NCBI GenBank assembly: GCA_965215605.1
Contig: OZ244070.1
Coordinates: forward strand, 3,840,001 to 3,904,000
Length of the DNA stretch: 64,000 bases
Origin: an uncultured Candidatus Binatia bacterium
GTDB lineage: Bacteria > Desulfobacterota > Binatia > UBA9968 > JAJDTQ01
Reading direction: 5' to 3'
Part shown: piece by piece, positions 56,012-64,000 of the stretch
Position numbering within the stretch: position 1 is the first letter of the stretch
Layout: each line of letters begins with the position of its first letter
The notes under the pieces: model-generated
The model's input: only the letters and a program-made list of their open reading frames with translations
The model's database searches: none
What the model was told of the DNA's origin: nothing
Made by a program: the position numbers and the translations under genes

Positions 56012-57664
56012 ATGGCGAAGGTGATGCACTACGACGGCGTGGTAATCGGCGCGGGCCACAACGGCATGATCTGCGCCGGCTACCTGGGCAAATCCGGCCA
56101 GAAGATCCTCGTCGTCGAGAAGAACATGGAGGTGGGCGGAGGACTGGACTCTCACGAGGACCGGAACTATCCGGGATTCTGGCACAACATCCACTCCGTG
56201 TTCCACCGCGGGCTCATGATGCTGCCCTGGTTCCAGGACCTGGAGATGGAGCGCATGGGCATCCACTACTACAAGCCCGACCCCGGGGTGGTGCAGCACT
56301 TCCTCGACCGCACCTACCTGGGCTGGTTCGCCGACGTGGAGCGGACCATCTCCACCATCGAGCAGATGTCCCGGAAGGACGCCGACACCTTCCGGGACAT
56401 CTGGACCCGCTGGCAGCCGGTGGTGAAGAACATCGTCTTCCCCGAGACCTACTGCCCGCCCGTCCCCATGAGCGAGAAGCGGCCCCTGCTGGCGGGGCTG
56501 CCCGAGGGCCGGGAATACCTGCGCTACTTCGACACCACGCCGGAGCAGTTCATCCTGGAGCACTTCGAGAACACCCGGGTGCGGGCCTTCATCGGCTTCC
56601 TGGCGGTGATGCGGGGCTATGAGCTGGACGCGCCCAACACCGGCTACCTGGTGCCTGCCATGATCGCCTGGGGCGTCAACCCTCAGCTCTGCCGCGGCAC
56701 CTCTCACGCCTTGGGCGACAACCTCGCGCACATGCTGTCGCACAACGGCGTGGACTACATCGAGGCGGTAGGGGTCGAACGGATCCTGGTGGATGGCGGG
56801 CGCGCCACCGGAGTGGTGCTGGAGGACGGCACGGTGGTGCACGCCAACCGCTTCGTCGCCTCCAACGTCAACCCGGTGGAGACCTTCATCAAGCTGGTGG
56901 GGTCGGAGAACCTGGACGCCGGGTTCAGCGCCAAGGCGGCGGGGTTCAAGTTCTCCAAGACCACCCCGATCTTCGCCACCAACCTGGCGCTCAACGAGCG
57001 GCCCCGCTACCTCACCGAGGACGAGCATCCCGAAGTGGCCGACAGCTTCATGCACATCGTCGGCCTGGAGACCTACGAGGAACTGCGCAACCTGTTCGAC
57101 GACTGCCGCTCAGGGCAACTGCCGCGGAAACCCTTCATGAACGGCGCCACCCCCTCGCACCACGACCCGACCCAGGCGCCGCCGGGCAAGGCCACCGCGT
57201 TCATGTGGCAACTCGCCACGTACAACCTGTGGGGCAATCCGCTCAACTGGGACAAGGCCAGGAGCGAGTGGTTCGAGCGGCAACTCGGCGTGTGGCGCCA
57301 GTACGCTCCCAACCTCACCGACGACAACATCCTGTCGCGGGACTCGACCACCCCGCTGGACATCGAGCGCCACGACCGAAACATGTACGAGGGCGACTGG
57401 ATGGTGGGGGAGTACACCGGCGACCAGGCGCTGGAGAACCGCCCCTTCCCCGGCTGGGGCCACTACCGCACGCCGGTCTCCGGCCTCTACCTGTGCGGCT
57501 CCTCGACCCATCCCGGCGGCAACATCACCGGCGCGCCGGGATACAACGCCGCCCAGACCATCGCCCGGGACCTGGGCCTGAAGCTATGGTGGGAACCCCT
57601 CGATCTGCGGCGGCAGCTCCAGGAGATGAACGAGCGGGCTGCGGCCAGCAGCGCGGCGGGGTAG
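56012..57664 (+). CDS. Phytoene desaturase-like FAD oxidoreductase B
   Basis: IGAGHNG, DPTQAPPGK, TPLDIER, YRTPVSGLYLCGSSTHPGGNITGAPGYNAA. Confidence 0.9.
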   Translation: MAKVMHYDGVVIGAGHNGMICAGYLGKSGQKILVVEKNMEVGGGLDSHEDRNYPGFWHNIHSVFHRGLMMLPWFQDLEMERMGIHYYKPDPGVVQHFLDRTYLGWFADVERTISTIEQMSRKDADTFRDIWTRWQPVVKNIVFPETYCPPVPMSEKRPLLAGLPEGREYLRYFDTTPEQFILEHFENTRVRAFIGFLAVMRGYELDAPNTGYLVPAMIAWGVNPQLCRGTSHALGDNLAHMLSHNGVDYIEAVGVERILVDGGRATGVVLEDGTVVHANRFVASNVNPVETFIKLVGSENLDAGFSAKAAGFKFSKTTPIFATNLALNERPRYLTEDEHPEVADSFMHIVGLETYEELRNLFDDCRSGQLPRKPFMNGATPSHHDPTQAPPGKATAFMWQLATYNLWGNPLNWDKARSEWFERQLGVWRQYAPNLTDDNILSRDSTTPLDIERHDRNMYEGDWMVGEYTGDQALENRPFPGWGHYRTPVSGLYLCGSSTHPGGNITGAPGYNAAQTIARDLGLKLWWEPLDLRRQLQEMNERAAASSAAG

Positions 57665-57695
57665 CGACGCCAGGAACCGTCATTGCAGGCAGGAC

Positions 57696-58442
57696 ATGGG
57701 ACGTCTCGATAACAAGGTTGCCATCGTGACCGGCGGAGCCCGCAACATCGGAGCGGTGTATGCGAAGACGCTGGCGGCCGAAGGCGCGCGCGTGGTCATC
57801 GCGGACGTGCTGGACGGCTCCGCCGCCGCTGAAGCCATCGTGGCCGCCGGCGGCGAGGCCGTGGCCGTCGAGGTCGACGTTTCCCGGGAAGACGACACGC
57901 TGCGCATGGCCAAGACGGCCATGGACGCCTTCGGGCGCATCGACGTGCTGGTGAACAACGCCGCCATCTACGTCAGCATCCAGCGGCGACCGTTCCACGA
58001 GATCTCCGCGGAAGAGTGGGACCGGGTCACGGCGGTGAACATCAAAGGGGTGTTCCTGTGCGCCAAGGCCGTGTTCCCGCACATGCGCGACCAGGGCGGC
58101 GGCCGCATCATCAACATCTCCTCCAACACGGTGATGGCCGGCACGCCCAACTTCCTGCACTACGTCGCGTCCAAGTCCGCGCTCATCGGCATGACCCGGT
58201 CCATGGCCCGGGAGATGGGTTCGTACGGCATCCGTGTCAACGCCATCGCCCCCGGCCTGGTGGAGCACGAGGGCCAATCCGTGCCCCCGGAGCTGTCCGC
58301 CAGCCGCGTGAGCGCCCGCTCCATCCAGCGCCGGCAGACACCCGAGGACCTCACCGGCGCCGTCCTCTACCTCGCCGCGTCGGACAGCGACTTCGTTACC
58401 GGCCAGACCCTGGTGGTGGACGGCGGCGACATCCTGTACTGA
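57696..58442 (+). CDS. Short-chain dehydrogenase/reductase
   Basis: TGGARNIG, NNAA, YVASK, VNAIAPG. Confidence 0.93.
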   Translation: MGRLDNKVAIVTGGARNIGAVYAKTLAAEGARVVIADVLDGSAAAEAIVAAGGEAVAVEVDVSREDDTLRMAKTAMDAFGRIDVLVNNAAIYVSIQRRPFHEISAEEWDRVTAVNIKGVFLCAKAVFPHMRDQGGGRIINISSNTVMAGTPNFLHYVASKSALIGMTRSMAREMGSYGIRVNAIAPGLVEHEGQSVPPELSASRVSARSIQRRQTPEDLTGAVLYLAASDSDFVTGQTLVVDGGDILY

Positions 58443-58530
58443 TGCAATCCACATGCGGGCAAGGCTGCATGCCCTCGCTCCCGTAAGGGTCGGCACCGCC
58501 CGGTAGATCACATCGCTAACACGCACGCCC

Positions 58531-59976
58531 ATGCCCAAGAGCCTGCGCACCTTTCTCGACGACCTGCGGCGCCAGCGCCCCGGGGAACTCGTGCACGTCA
58601 CCAAGCCGGTGAACCCCGCGCGGCACGACGTTTCCGCCCTCGTCGCCCAGTTGGCCGAGCGCAAACAGTTCCCGGTGCTGCTGTTCGAGTGTCCGAAGAA
58701 CCTTCACGAGAACACATCGGGAATCAGGCTCGCCATGAACTGCGAAGTCTCCATGGGCAAGTTCCAGACCGCCCTGGGCGTGCCACCGGAGACCACCCGG
58801 GCGGACCTGGCGCTGGAGTGCCTGCGCCGGGAGGCCAATCCCATCGCCCCGGTGGTGGTGGAACCGTCCGCGGCGCCGGTCAAGGAAGTGATCCAACGCG
58901 GCGCGGAGGTAGACCTGTTCGAGCTGCCGGTCATGCGCCACCACGCCCTGGACGGCGGTCCCTACATCGACATGCCGAGCCTCGGGATTGACCGCCGGTC
59001 GGGGGTGTACAATGTCTCGTACCACCGCATGGAGGTGAAGGACCGGAACCACACCGGCTTCTACCTGTCGTTGCAGCACATGTGGCGCATCTTCCGGGAC
59101 TACGAGGACCACGGCGAGGAATGCCCGGTGGCGGCGGTGAGCGGACACCACCCTGCCTTCAACATCGGCGCCTGCTACCGGGGGCCGTTCGAGGCCGACG
59201 AGCTCGACGTCATCGGCGGCTACCTGCGGGAGCCGCTGCGGCTGACCCCGTCGGAGACCTTCGGCGACCGGCTGATGGTGCCGGCGGACGCGGAGGTCGT
59301 CATCGAGGGGGTGCTGCTGCCCGGCAAACGCGTGGTGGAGGGGCCGTTCGGGGAGGTCCACGGCTACGTGGGGCCGCAAGGATTTCGCCAAGCCGCCTCG
59401 CTGGAGGTGCACGCGGTCACCCGCCGGCGGGACGCCATCCACCAGTCGGTCATCACCCCGGACGGCGACAAGCCGTGGATGGACCTGGCGCGGGAGGGCG
59501 CATACCTGCGGCGCTGCCGCGAGGCCGTACCCGGGGTAACGGCGGTGTGCAAAAACGGGCGGCACGCCCTCATGAACGTGTTCATCGCCATGAAGAAGAT
59601 GTCCGAGGGGGACCCGGGGCGGGCGGCGGCCGCGGCGTTGAGCTTCGACCAGTGCAAGCACGTCTTCATCTTCGACGACGACATCGACATCTACAACCCC
59701 ACCGAGATCCTCTGGGCGCTGGCCACCCGGGTCCAGCCCCACCGGCAGGTGTCGCTCATCACCGACCTCATGCGCGGCCCCTTGATCGACCCCTCCATGG
59801 ACGAGGGAATCCGCACTTCGGCCATGATCGTCGACGCCACCCGGCCGCTGGACCGGCCTTTCTCACCCGTGTCCAGATGCCCCGACGAGGCCATGGCGCG
59901 GATCCGGGTGGAAGACTATCTGCCCCGGAAGGTGGTGGATGCGATCCCGGTGGACCGTACTACCTACTGGAGCTGA
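58531..59976 (+). CDS. UbiD-family prFMN-dependent (de)carboxylase 2
   Basis: LRTFL, DGGPYI, NVSYHR, VPADAEVVIEG, EGPFGE, WALATR, VDATRP. Confidence 0.93.
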   Translation: MPKSLRTFLDDLRRQRPGELVHVTKPVNPARHDVSALVAQLAERKQFPVLLFECPKNLHENTSGIRLAMNCEVSMGKFQTALGVPPETTRADLALECLRREANPIAPVVVEPSAAPVKEVIQRGAEVDLFELPVMRHHALDGGPYIDMPSLGIDRRSGVYNVSYHRMEVKDRNHTGFYLSLQHMWRIFRDYEDHGEECPVAAVSGHHPAFNIGACYRGPFEADELDVIGGYLREPLRLTPSETFGDRLMVPADAEVVIEGVLLPGKRVVEGPFGEVHGYVGPQGFRQAASLEVHAVTRRRDAIHQSVITPDGDKPWMDLAREGAYLRRCREAVPGVTAVCKNGRHALMNVFIAMKKMSEGDPGRAAAAALSFDQCKHVFIFDDDIDIYNPTEILWALATRVQPHRQVSLITDLMRGPLIDPSMDEGIRTSAMIVDATRPLDRPFSPVSRCPDEAMARIRVEDYLPRKVVDAIPVDRTTYWS

Positions 59977-59982
59977 TGCCGC

Positions 59983-60010
59983 GTAGGGGCAGGGTTCGAA
60001 CCGGTCCCTG
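59983..60010. repeat. GTAG-type REP-like hairpin
   Basis: GTAGGGGCAGGGTTCGAACCGGTCCCTG just after the UbiD2 stop. Confidence 0.55.
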
Positions 60011-60071
60011 TTTTGCATCGGCATGGTGAATCCGGTACACCCGGAGCCATACATCCAGCGAAAGGACCCCT

Positions 60072-60995
60072 ATGCGACTAGGACTGCCCGATTTCGTTTC
60101 CAACTCCTACTTCCCCGCCATTGCCGCGGTGGAGCTGGGCTTCTTCAAGGCGGAGGGCCTGGACATGGAGCTGGAGTCCATCTTTCCGGTGCCCAAGACC
60201 TTCGAGACCCTGAGGGACCACGAGCTCGACTTCGTGGCCGCTTCGTCCCACGCCACCCTCACGGCCTTCCCGGACTGGAAGGGCGCCAAGCTCCTGGCCG
60301 CTCTGGCCCAGCACATGTACTGGTTTCTGGTGCTGCGGTCCGACCTGGGCGCCAGACGCGGCGACGTCGAGGCCGTCAAGGGCCTCCGCATCGGCGCCGC
60401 TCCGGGCGTGGACCTCGGACTCAAGCGGATGCTGGCGGCCGCCGGGCTGGATCCCGTGGCCGACAACATCCAGATCGCTCCGGTGCCCGGGGCCACCGCT
60501 CCCGGCGTCTCCTTCGGCGTGACCGCGGCCAAGGCCCTTTCCGAAGGCGCCATCGACGGCTTCTGGGCCAACGGTATGGGGGCCGAGGTGGCGGTGCGGC
60601 ACGGCGCCGGCACCGTCGTGCTGGACATCCGGCGCGGCGAGGGCCCCGCCGAGGCGCGCGGCTACACCTTCCCTGCCCTGATCACCTCGGACCGGGTGAT
60701 CGCCGACAACCCCGACGCGGCCGCGGCCGCGGTGCGGGCGCTGGTCAAGACCCAGAAGGCGCTGGCGGAGGACCCGCAGCGGGCGGCGGACGTGGGCAAG
60801 GCCCTGTACCCGCCCGAGGAGGCCGGGCTCATCGCCACCCTCATCGAACGCGACATCCCCTACTACGATCCCAGGATCCCGGAGCCGGTGGTGTCCAGCA
60901 TGAACCGGTTCGCCCAGGATATAGGCCTGCTCTCCGCGCCCGTGCCCTACGAGGACGTGGTGGCGGTGCAGTTCAGTCACCTGTGGGAAGGCTGA
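60072..60995 (+). CDS. NMT1/THI5/SsuA-like substrate-binding protein, no clear signal peptide
   Basis: PAIAAVELGFFKAEGLD, VKGLRIG, C-terminal VPYEDVVA. Confidence 0.85.
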   Translation: MRLGLPDFVSNSYFPAIAAVELGFFKAEGLDMELESIFPVPKTFETLRDHELDFVAASSHATLTAFPDWKGAKLLAALAQHMYWFLVLRSDLGARRGDVEAVKGLRIGAAPGVDLGLKRMLAAAGLDPVADNIQIAPVPGATAPGVSFGVTAAKALSEGAIDGFWANGMGAEVAVRHGAGTVVLDIRRGEGPAEARGYTFPALITSDRVIADNPDAAAAAVRALVKTQKALAEDPQRAADVGKALYPPEEAGLIATLIERDIPYYDPRIPEPVVSSMNRFAQDIGLLSAPVPYEDVVAVQFSHLWEG

Positions 60996-61024
60996 CCCAA
61001 CCGCTTTTCACGGAAGGAACCCCT

Positions 61025-61813
61025 ATGGACCTCTCACGCTTTTCTCTGGAAGGACGCACCACCATCATCACCGGCGGCAGCGGCGGCATCGGCCGCTGCT
61101 GCGCGCTCGCCTTCGCCCAGGCGGGCTCCAACGTCATGATCGCCTCGCTGCCGGCGGAGTCGATACCGCCGGTGGTACAGGAGATCGAAGCCCTGGGCGC
61201 CGGCGCGGCGGGCCTGGCGGCGGACGTGTCCAGCGAAGACCAGGTCAAGGATCTGGTGGCTGCCACCCTGGACCGGTTCGGCCGCATCGACGCGCTCCTG
61301 AACGTCGCCGGCGGCTCCTACAGCCGCAACCCGGAGATGCCGGCGTTCCAGCGCGGGACGCTGCTGGAACTCTCGCCCGAGGACTTCATGGGCGTCTATG
61401 ACGTCAACGTCAAGACCGCTTTCCTGTGCTCCAAGGCGGTGGTGCCGCACATGAAGGAACGCGGCAAGGGCGCCATCGTCAACATCGGCTCCATATCCGG
61501 CCGCTCCACCAAGCACGAGCGGCCCAACATGGCCGCCTACGGGACCGCCAAGGCGGCCGTCATGAACCTGACTTTCCACATGGCCAACCAATGGGGGCCG
61601 GAGGTGCGAGTGAACGCGGTGGCGCCGGGGATCATCGACACGCCGCGGCCGGGAGGAACGAGCCTGGCACGGCTGGAGTCGGAAGGCCTGGAGAACATCG
61701 CGCTGGGACGCCACGGCAAGCCCGACGAGGTGGCCGGCGTCGCGCTGTTCCTGGCGTCCGACGCGGCCTCGTTCGTGAACGGTTCGGTAGTGGACGTGAA
61801 CGGAGGCGAATAG
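61025..61813 (+). CDS. Short-chain dehydrogenase/reductase
   Basis: TGGSGGIG, YGTAK, VNAVAPG; AAGGAA SD before ATG 61025. Confidence 0.92.
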   Translation: MDLSRFSLEGRTTIITGGSGGIGRCCALAFAQAGSNVMIASLPAESIPPVVQEIEALGAGAAGLAADVSSEDQVKDLVAATLDRFGRIDALLNVAGGSYSRNPEMPAFQRGTLLELSPEDFMGVYDVNVKTAFLCSKAVVPHMKERGKGAIVNIGSISGRSTKHERPNMAAYGTAKAAVMNLTFHMANQWGPEVRVNAVAPGIIDTPRPGGTSLARLESEGLENIALGRHGKPDEVAGVALFLASDAASFVNGSVVDVNGGE

Positions 61814-61822
61814 CCCCCCGGA

Positions 61823-63997
61823 TTACGGACTGGCCCGCGTATCCGAGGCCGCCGGCCCCGGACCCTCCGGGTTCCGGGTCACCTCGATGAAGTCCGCGAG
61901 GATGTGGGCGGCCTCGTTCAGGATCGGATCCTCTTGGCCTGACACACCCGGACCTGTCCTCTTCTCGTTGTAGGCCACCAGCTCCGCATAGCTTGCAAAC
62001 GGTTTCCGGCCCTTGGCCACACGGCGGCGATTCTCGCTTCCGAGCTGCCGGAGCTCGTCGCCCCGTTTCCGGGCTCTTCGCGTTTCCTCTTTCAGTGAGA
62101 TGGCGGTCTCGGCCCGTTCCCGCTCGAGACGGTCGATCATGGCCAGGAGGTAGGCGAGGTCCGGGTCCGACTTCGCGCGGACACGGTGTCGCTCCGCCAG
62201 TGTTCCGACAAAGGGGCTGGTCCTGCCGGCGGGAGAATACCGGGTCTTGTCGATGGCGTCCCACGCCAGGGCATGCTCCAGGGAACTCTCGCCGACCTGC
62301 GACTTGTCGATGAGGCCGGGGAGCTCGATGTCGGGTATCACGCCGCGGTTCTGGGTGCCTTCCCCGGAGATCCGGTAGAACTTGGCCTGGGTAAGCTTCA
62401 GACGTCCCCGGCCAACCGGAATGAGCGTCTGCACCGTCCCCTTCCCGAACGTCTGGCCGCCCACCACCAGCCCCCGGCCGTAATCCTGGATGGCCGCGGC
62501 AAAGATCTCGGAGGCGGAGGCGCTGAGGCGGTTCACCAAGACCGCCAGCGGCCCGGTGTAGGCGACCTTTCCGTCCGTATCCGAATGAACGCGGATAAGG
62601 CCCCGGCTGTTCCGGACCTGCACCACCGGACCCTTGTTGATGAACAGGCTCACCAGCGCGATGGCCTCCCGGAGCGCCCCGCCGCCGTTGTCCCGCAAAT
62701 CGATCACCAGTCCGCTGACGCCCGCCTCCTGCAACTCCGCGACCAACCGCTTCACATCGCCGGCCGTGCTCTTGAAGTTGGGGTCTCCGGCCTTGAGGGC
62801 GGCGAAGTCCAGATAGAATCCGGGCACGCGGATGGTCCCGATCTTCCGTGTACGGCCGCCGACCTTTACTTCCCGGATGCTGCGGCTCGCCTTCTGATCG
62901 TCGAGATCCACCTTGTTGCGCACGATGCGGATGAGCTTCCGTTGCTCCGTGGTGCCGATCTGGGAAATGATCTCCAGACGCACGGTGGTCTCTCTGGGAC
63001 CGCGAATCAGTGCAACCACGTCCCGCAGACGCATGCCGAGGACGTCCACGATCTCCCCCTGCTCGCCCTGTCCGACGCCGACGATGCGATCCCCCGGCTG
63101 CAGGTCGCCGGCCTTGTCCGCGGGTCCGCCGGCAACCAGCCGCACCACCTTGACGATCTCGCCGTCCGCCTGCAGCACGGCGCCGATCCCCTCCAGCGAC
63201 AAGCTCATGTGAATATTGAAATTTTCGCTTTGATGAGGCGGAAAATACACGGAATGCGGATCAATGGCGCGGAGGAAGGCATTCATGTACACGCGGAACG
63301 CATCGGTGCTGTTGACTTGACCGAGGCGGACGAGCTGGTTGCCGTAACGCCGTCGAAGGGCGGTCTGGACCTCTTCCCGTTCGGTCCCGGCCAGCAGGCG
63401 GCTCAACACGTCGTTCTTGACCTGCCGGCGCCAACGGGTCTTCAACTCGGCCTCCGACGCGACCCAGGAATCGCGCTTCTGCGCAAGCGTCTCGTCCTTG
63501 CGGAAATCCAGGGCGTCGAACTCGTGATCGATGAGGCCGGCGATGAACCGGAGGCGCTCCGCCAACCGTTGCCGGTAGCGGTTGAACATCCCGAAGGCGG
63601 GGCCCAAGTCTCCCGCCTTGAGCAGATCGTCGAACCGGGACCTGTAGGCTTCGAACTCCCGGATGTCCGAGGACCGGAAGTAGCTTCGCGACGGGTCCAT
63701 GGCCCTCAGGTAGGAATCGAAGATCCTGCCGGAAACCTGATCGTTCAGGATGATGGAGTTGTAGTGTCCACGGGACAGGCGGCGGAGAATCTCCTTGCCG
63801 AGAGCGGACTGTTGGGCGTCGGGCGAGAGATCGGCCAGCACCGGCGGCGGCGCCGTTTCGGCCCACGTCAGGCTCGCGAGGAACCAGAACGCAATCACGC
63901 ACCAGCAACCGGCGCGCGGGCGCCAACGACGCGGCGGCCTTCGGACGGGCAGTACAGAATTCACAGGGTTCAGTCTAGACCAACGCCGGTTCTCCAT
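61823..63997 (-). CDS. prc: Tail-specific protease Prc (S41, PDZ); start uncertain at window edge
   Basis: DPHSVY, SLEGIGAVL, DLRDNGGG, SASASEI, TFGKGTVQ, GVIPDI. Confidence 0.95.
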   Translation of the reverse strand: MENRRWSRLNPVNSVLPVRRPPRRWRPRAGCWCVIAFWFLASLTWAETAPPPVLADLSPDAQQSALGKEILRRLSRGHYNSIILNDQVSGRIFDSYLRAMDPSRSYFRSSDIREFEAYRSRFDDLLKAGDLGPAFGMFNRYRQRLAERLRFIAGLIDHEFDALDFRKDETLAQKRDSWVASEAELKTRWRRQVKNDVLSRLLAGTEREEVQTALRRRYGNQLVRLGQVNSTDAFRVYMNAFLRAIDPHSVYFPPHQSENFNIHMSLSLEGIGAVLQADGEIVKVVRLVAGGPADKAGDLQPGDRIVGVGQGEQGEIVDVLGMRLRDVVALIRGPRETTVRLEIISQIGTTEQRKLIRIVRNKVDLDDQKASRSIREVKVGGRTRKIGTIRVPGFYLDFAALKAGDPNFKSTAGDVKRLVAELQEAGVSGLVIDLRDNGGGALREAIALVSLFINKGPVVQVRNSRGLIRVHSDTDGKVAYTGPLAVLVNRLSASASEIFAAAIQDYGRGLVVGGQTFGKGTVQTLIPVGRGRLKLTQAKFYRISGEGTQNRGVIPDIELPGLIDKSQVGESSLEHALAWDAIDKTRYSPAGRTSPFVGTLAERHRVRAKSDPDLAYLLAMIDRLERERAETAISLKEETRRARKRGDELRQLGSENRRRVAKGRKPFASYAELVAYNEKRTGPGVSGQEDPILNEAAHILADFIEVTRNPEGPGPAASDTRASP

Positions 63998-64000
63998 CAA

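Noticed and set aside
54402-57664. Carotenoid biosynthesis
   Set aside because: No crtB, crtY or hpn genes nearby; the context is catabolic

Overview
High-GC bacterial chromosome segment. The gene content suggests a Deltaproteobacteria/Binatota-like lineage (inference only). Positions 1-17 kb hold minus-strand housekeeping genes (icd-mdh-sucCD-ndk-rlmN-mtnP-pfkB-ugd-lepA-lepB-carAB-recG). 17-24 kb is a complete System I cytochrome c maturation operon (ccmABCDEFG plus a CcmH/CcmI fusion). 24-36 kb holds a small hydrolase cluster, an EF-G paralog split by a -1 frameshift at a GGGAAAG slippery heptamer, coaX, birA and valS. 36-48 kb holds tRNA-Leu(CAG), menaquinone genes, a candidate sigma54/IHF-controlled APH-fold pseudokinase locus, three tandem divergent OCD/mu-crystallin genes and cysS. 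48.9-61.8 kb is a co-oriented, apparently uncharacterised catabolic cluster (two UbiD, a three-subunit Mo-hydroxylase, two CrtI-like flavoproteins, two SDRs, one solute-binding protein), followed by prc. Intergenic DNA holds REP-like palindromes and several MITE-like inverted-repeat elements. No CRISPR array, rRNA, integrase or transposase was seen. All calls come from reading motifs by eye; no database searches were run.
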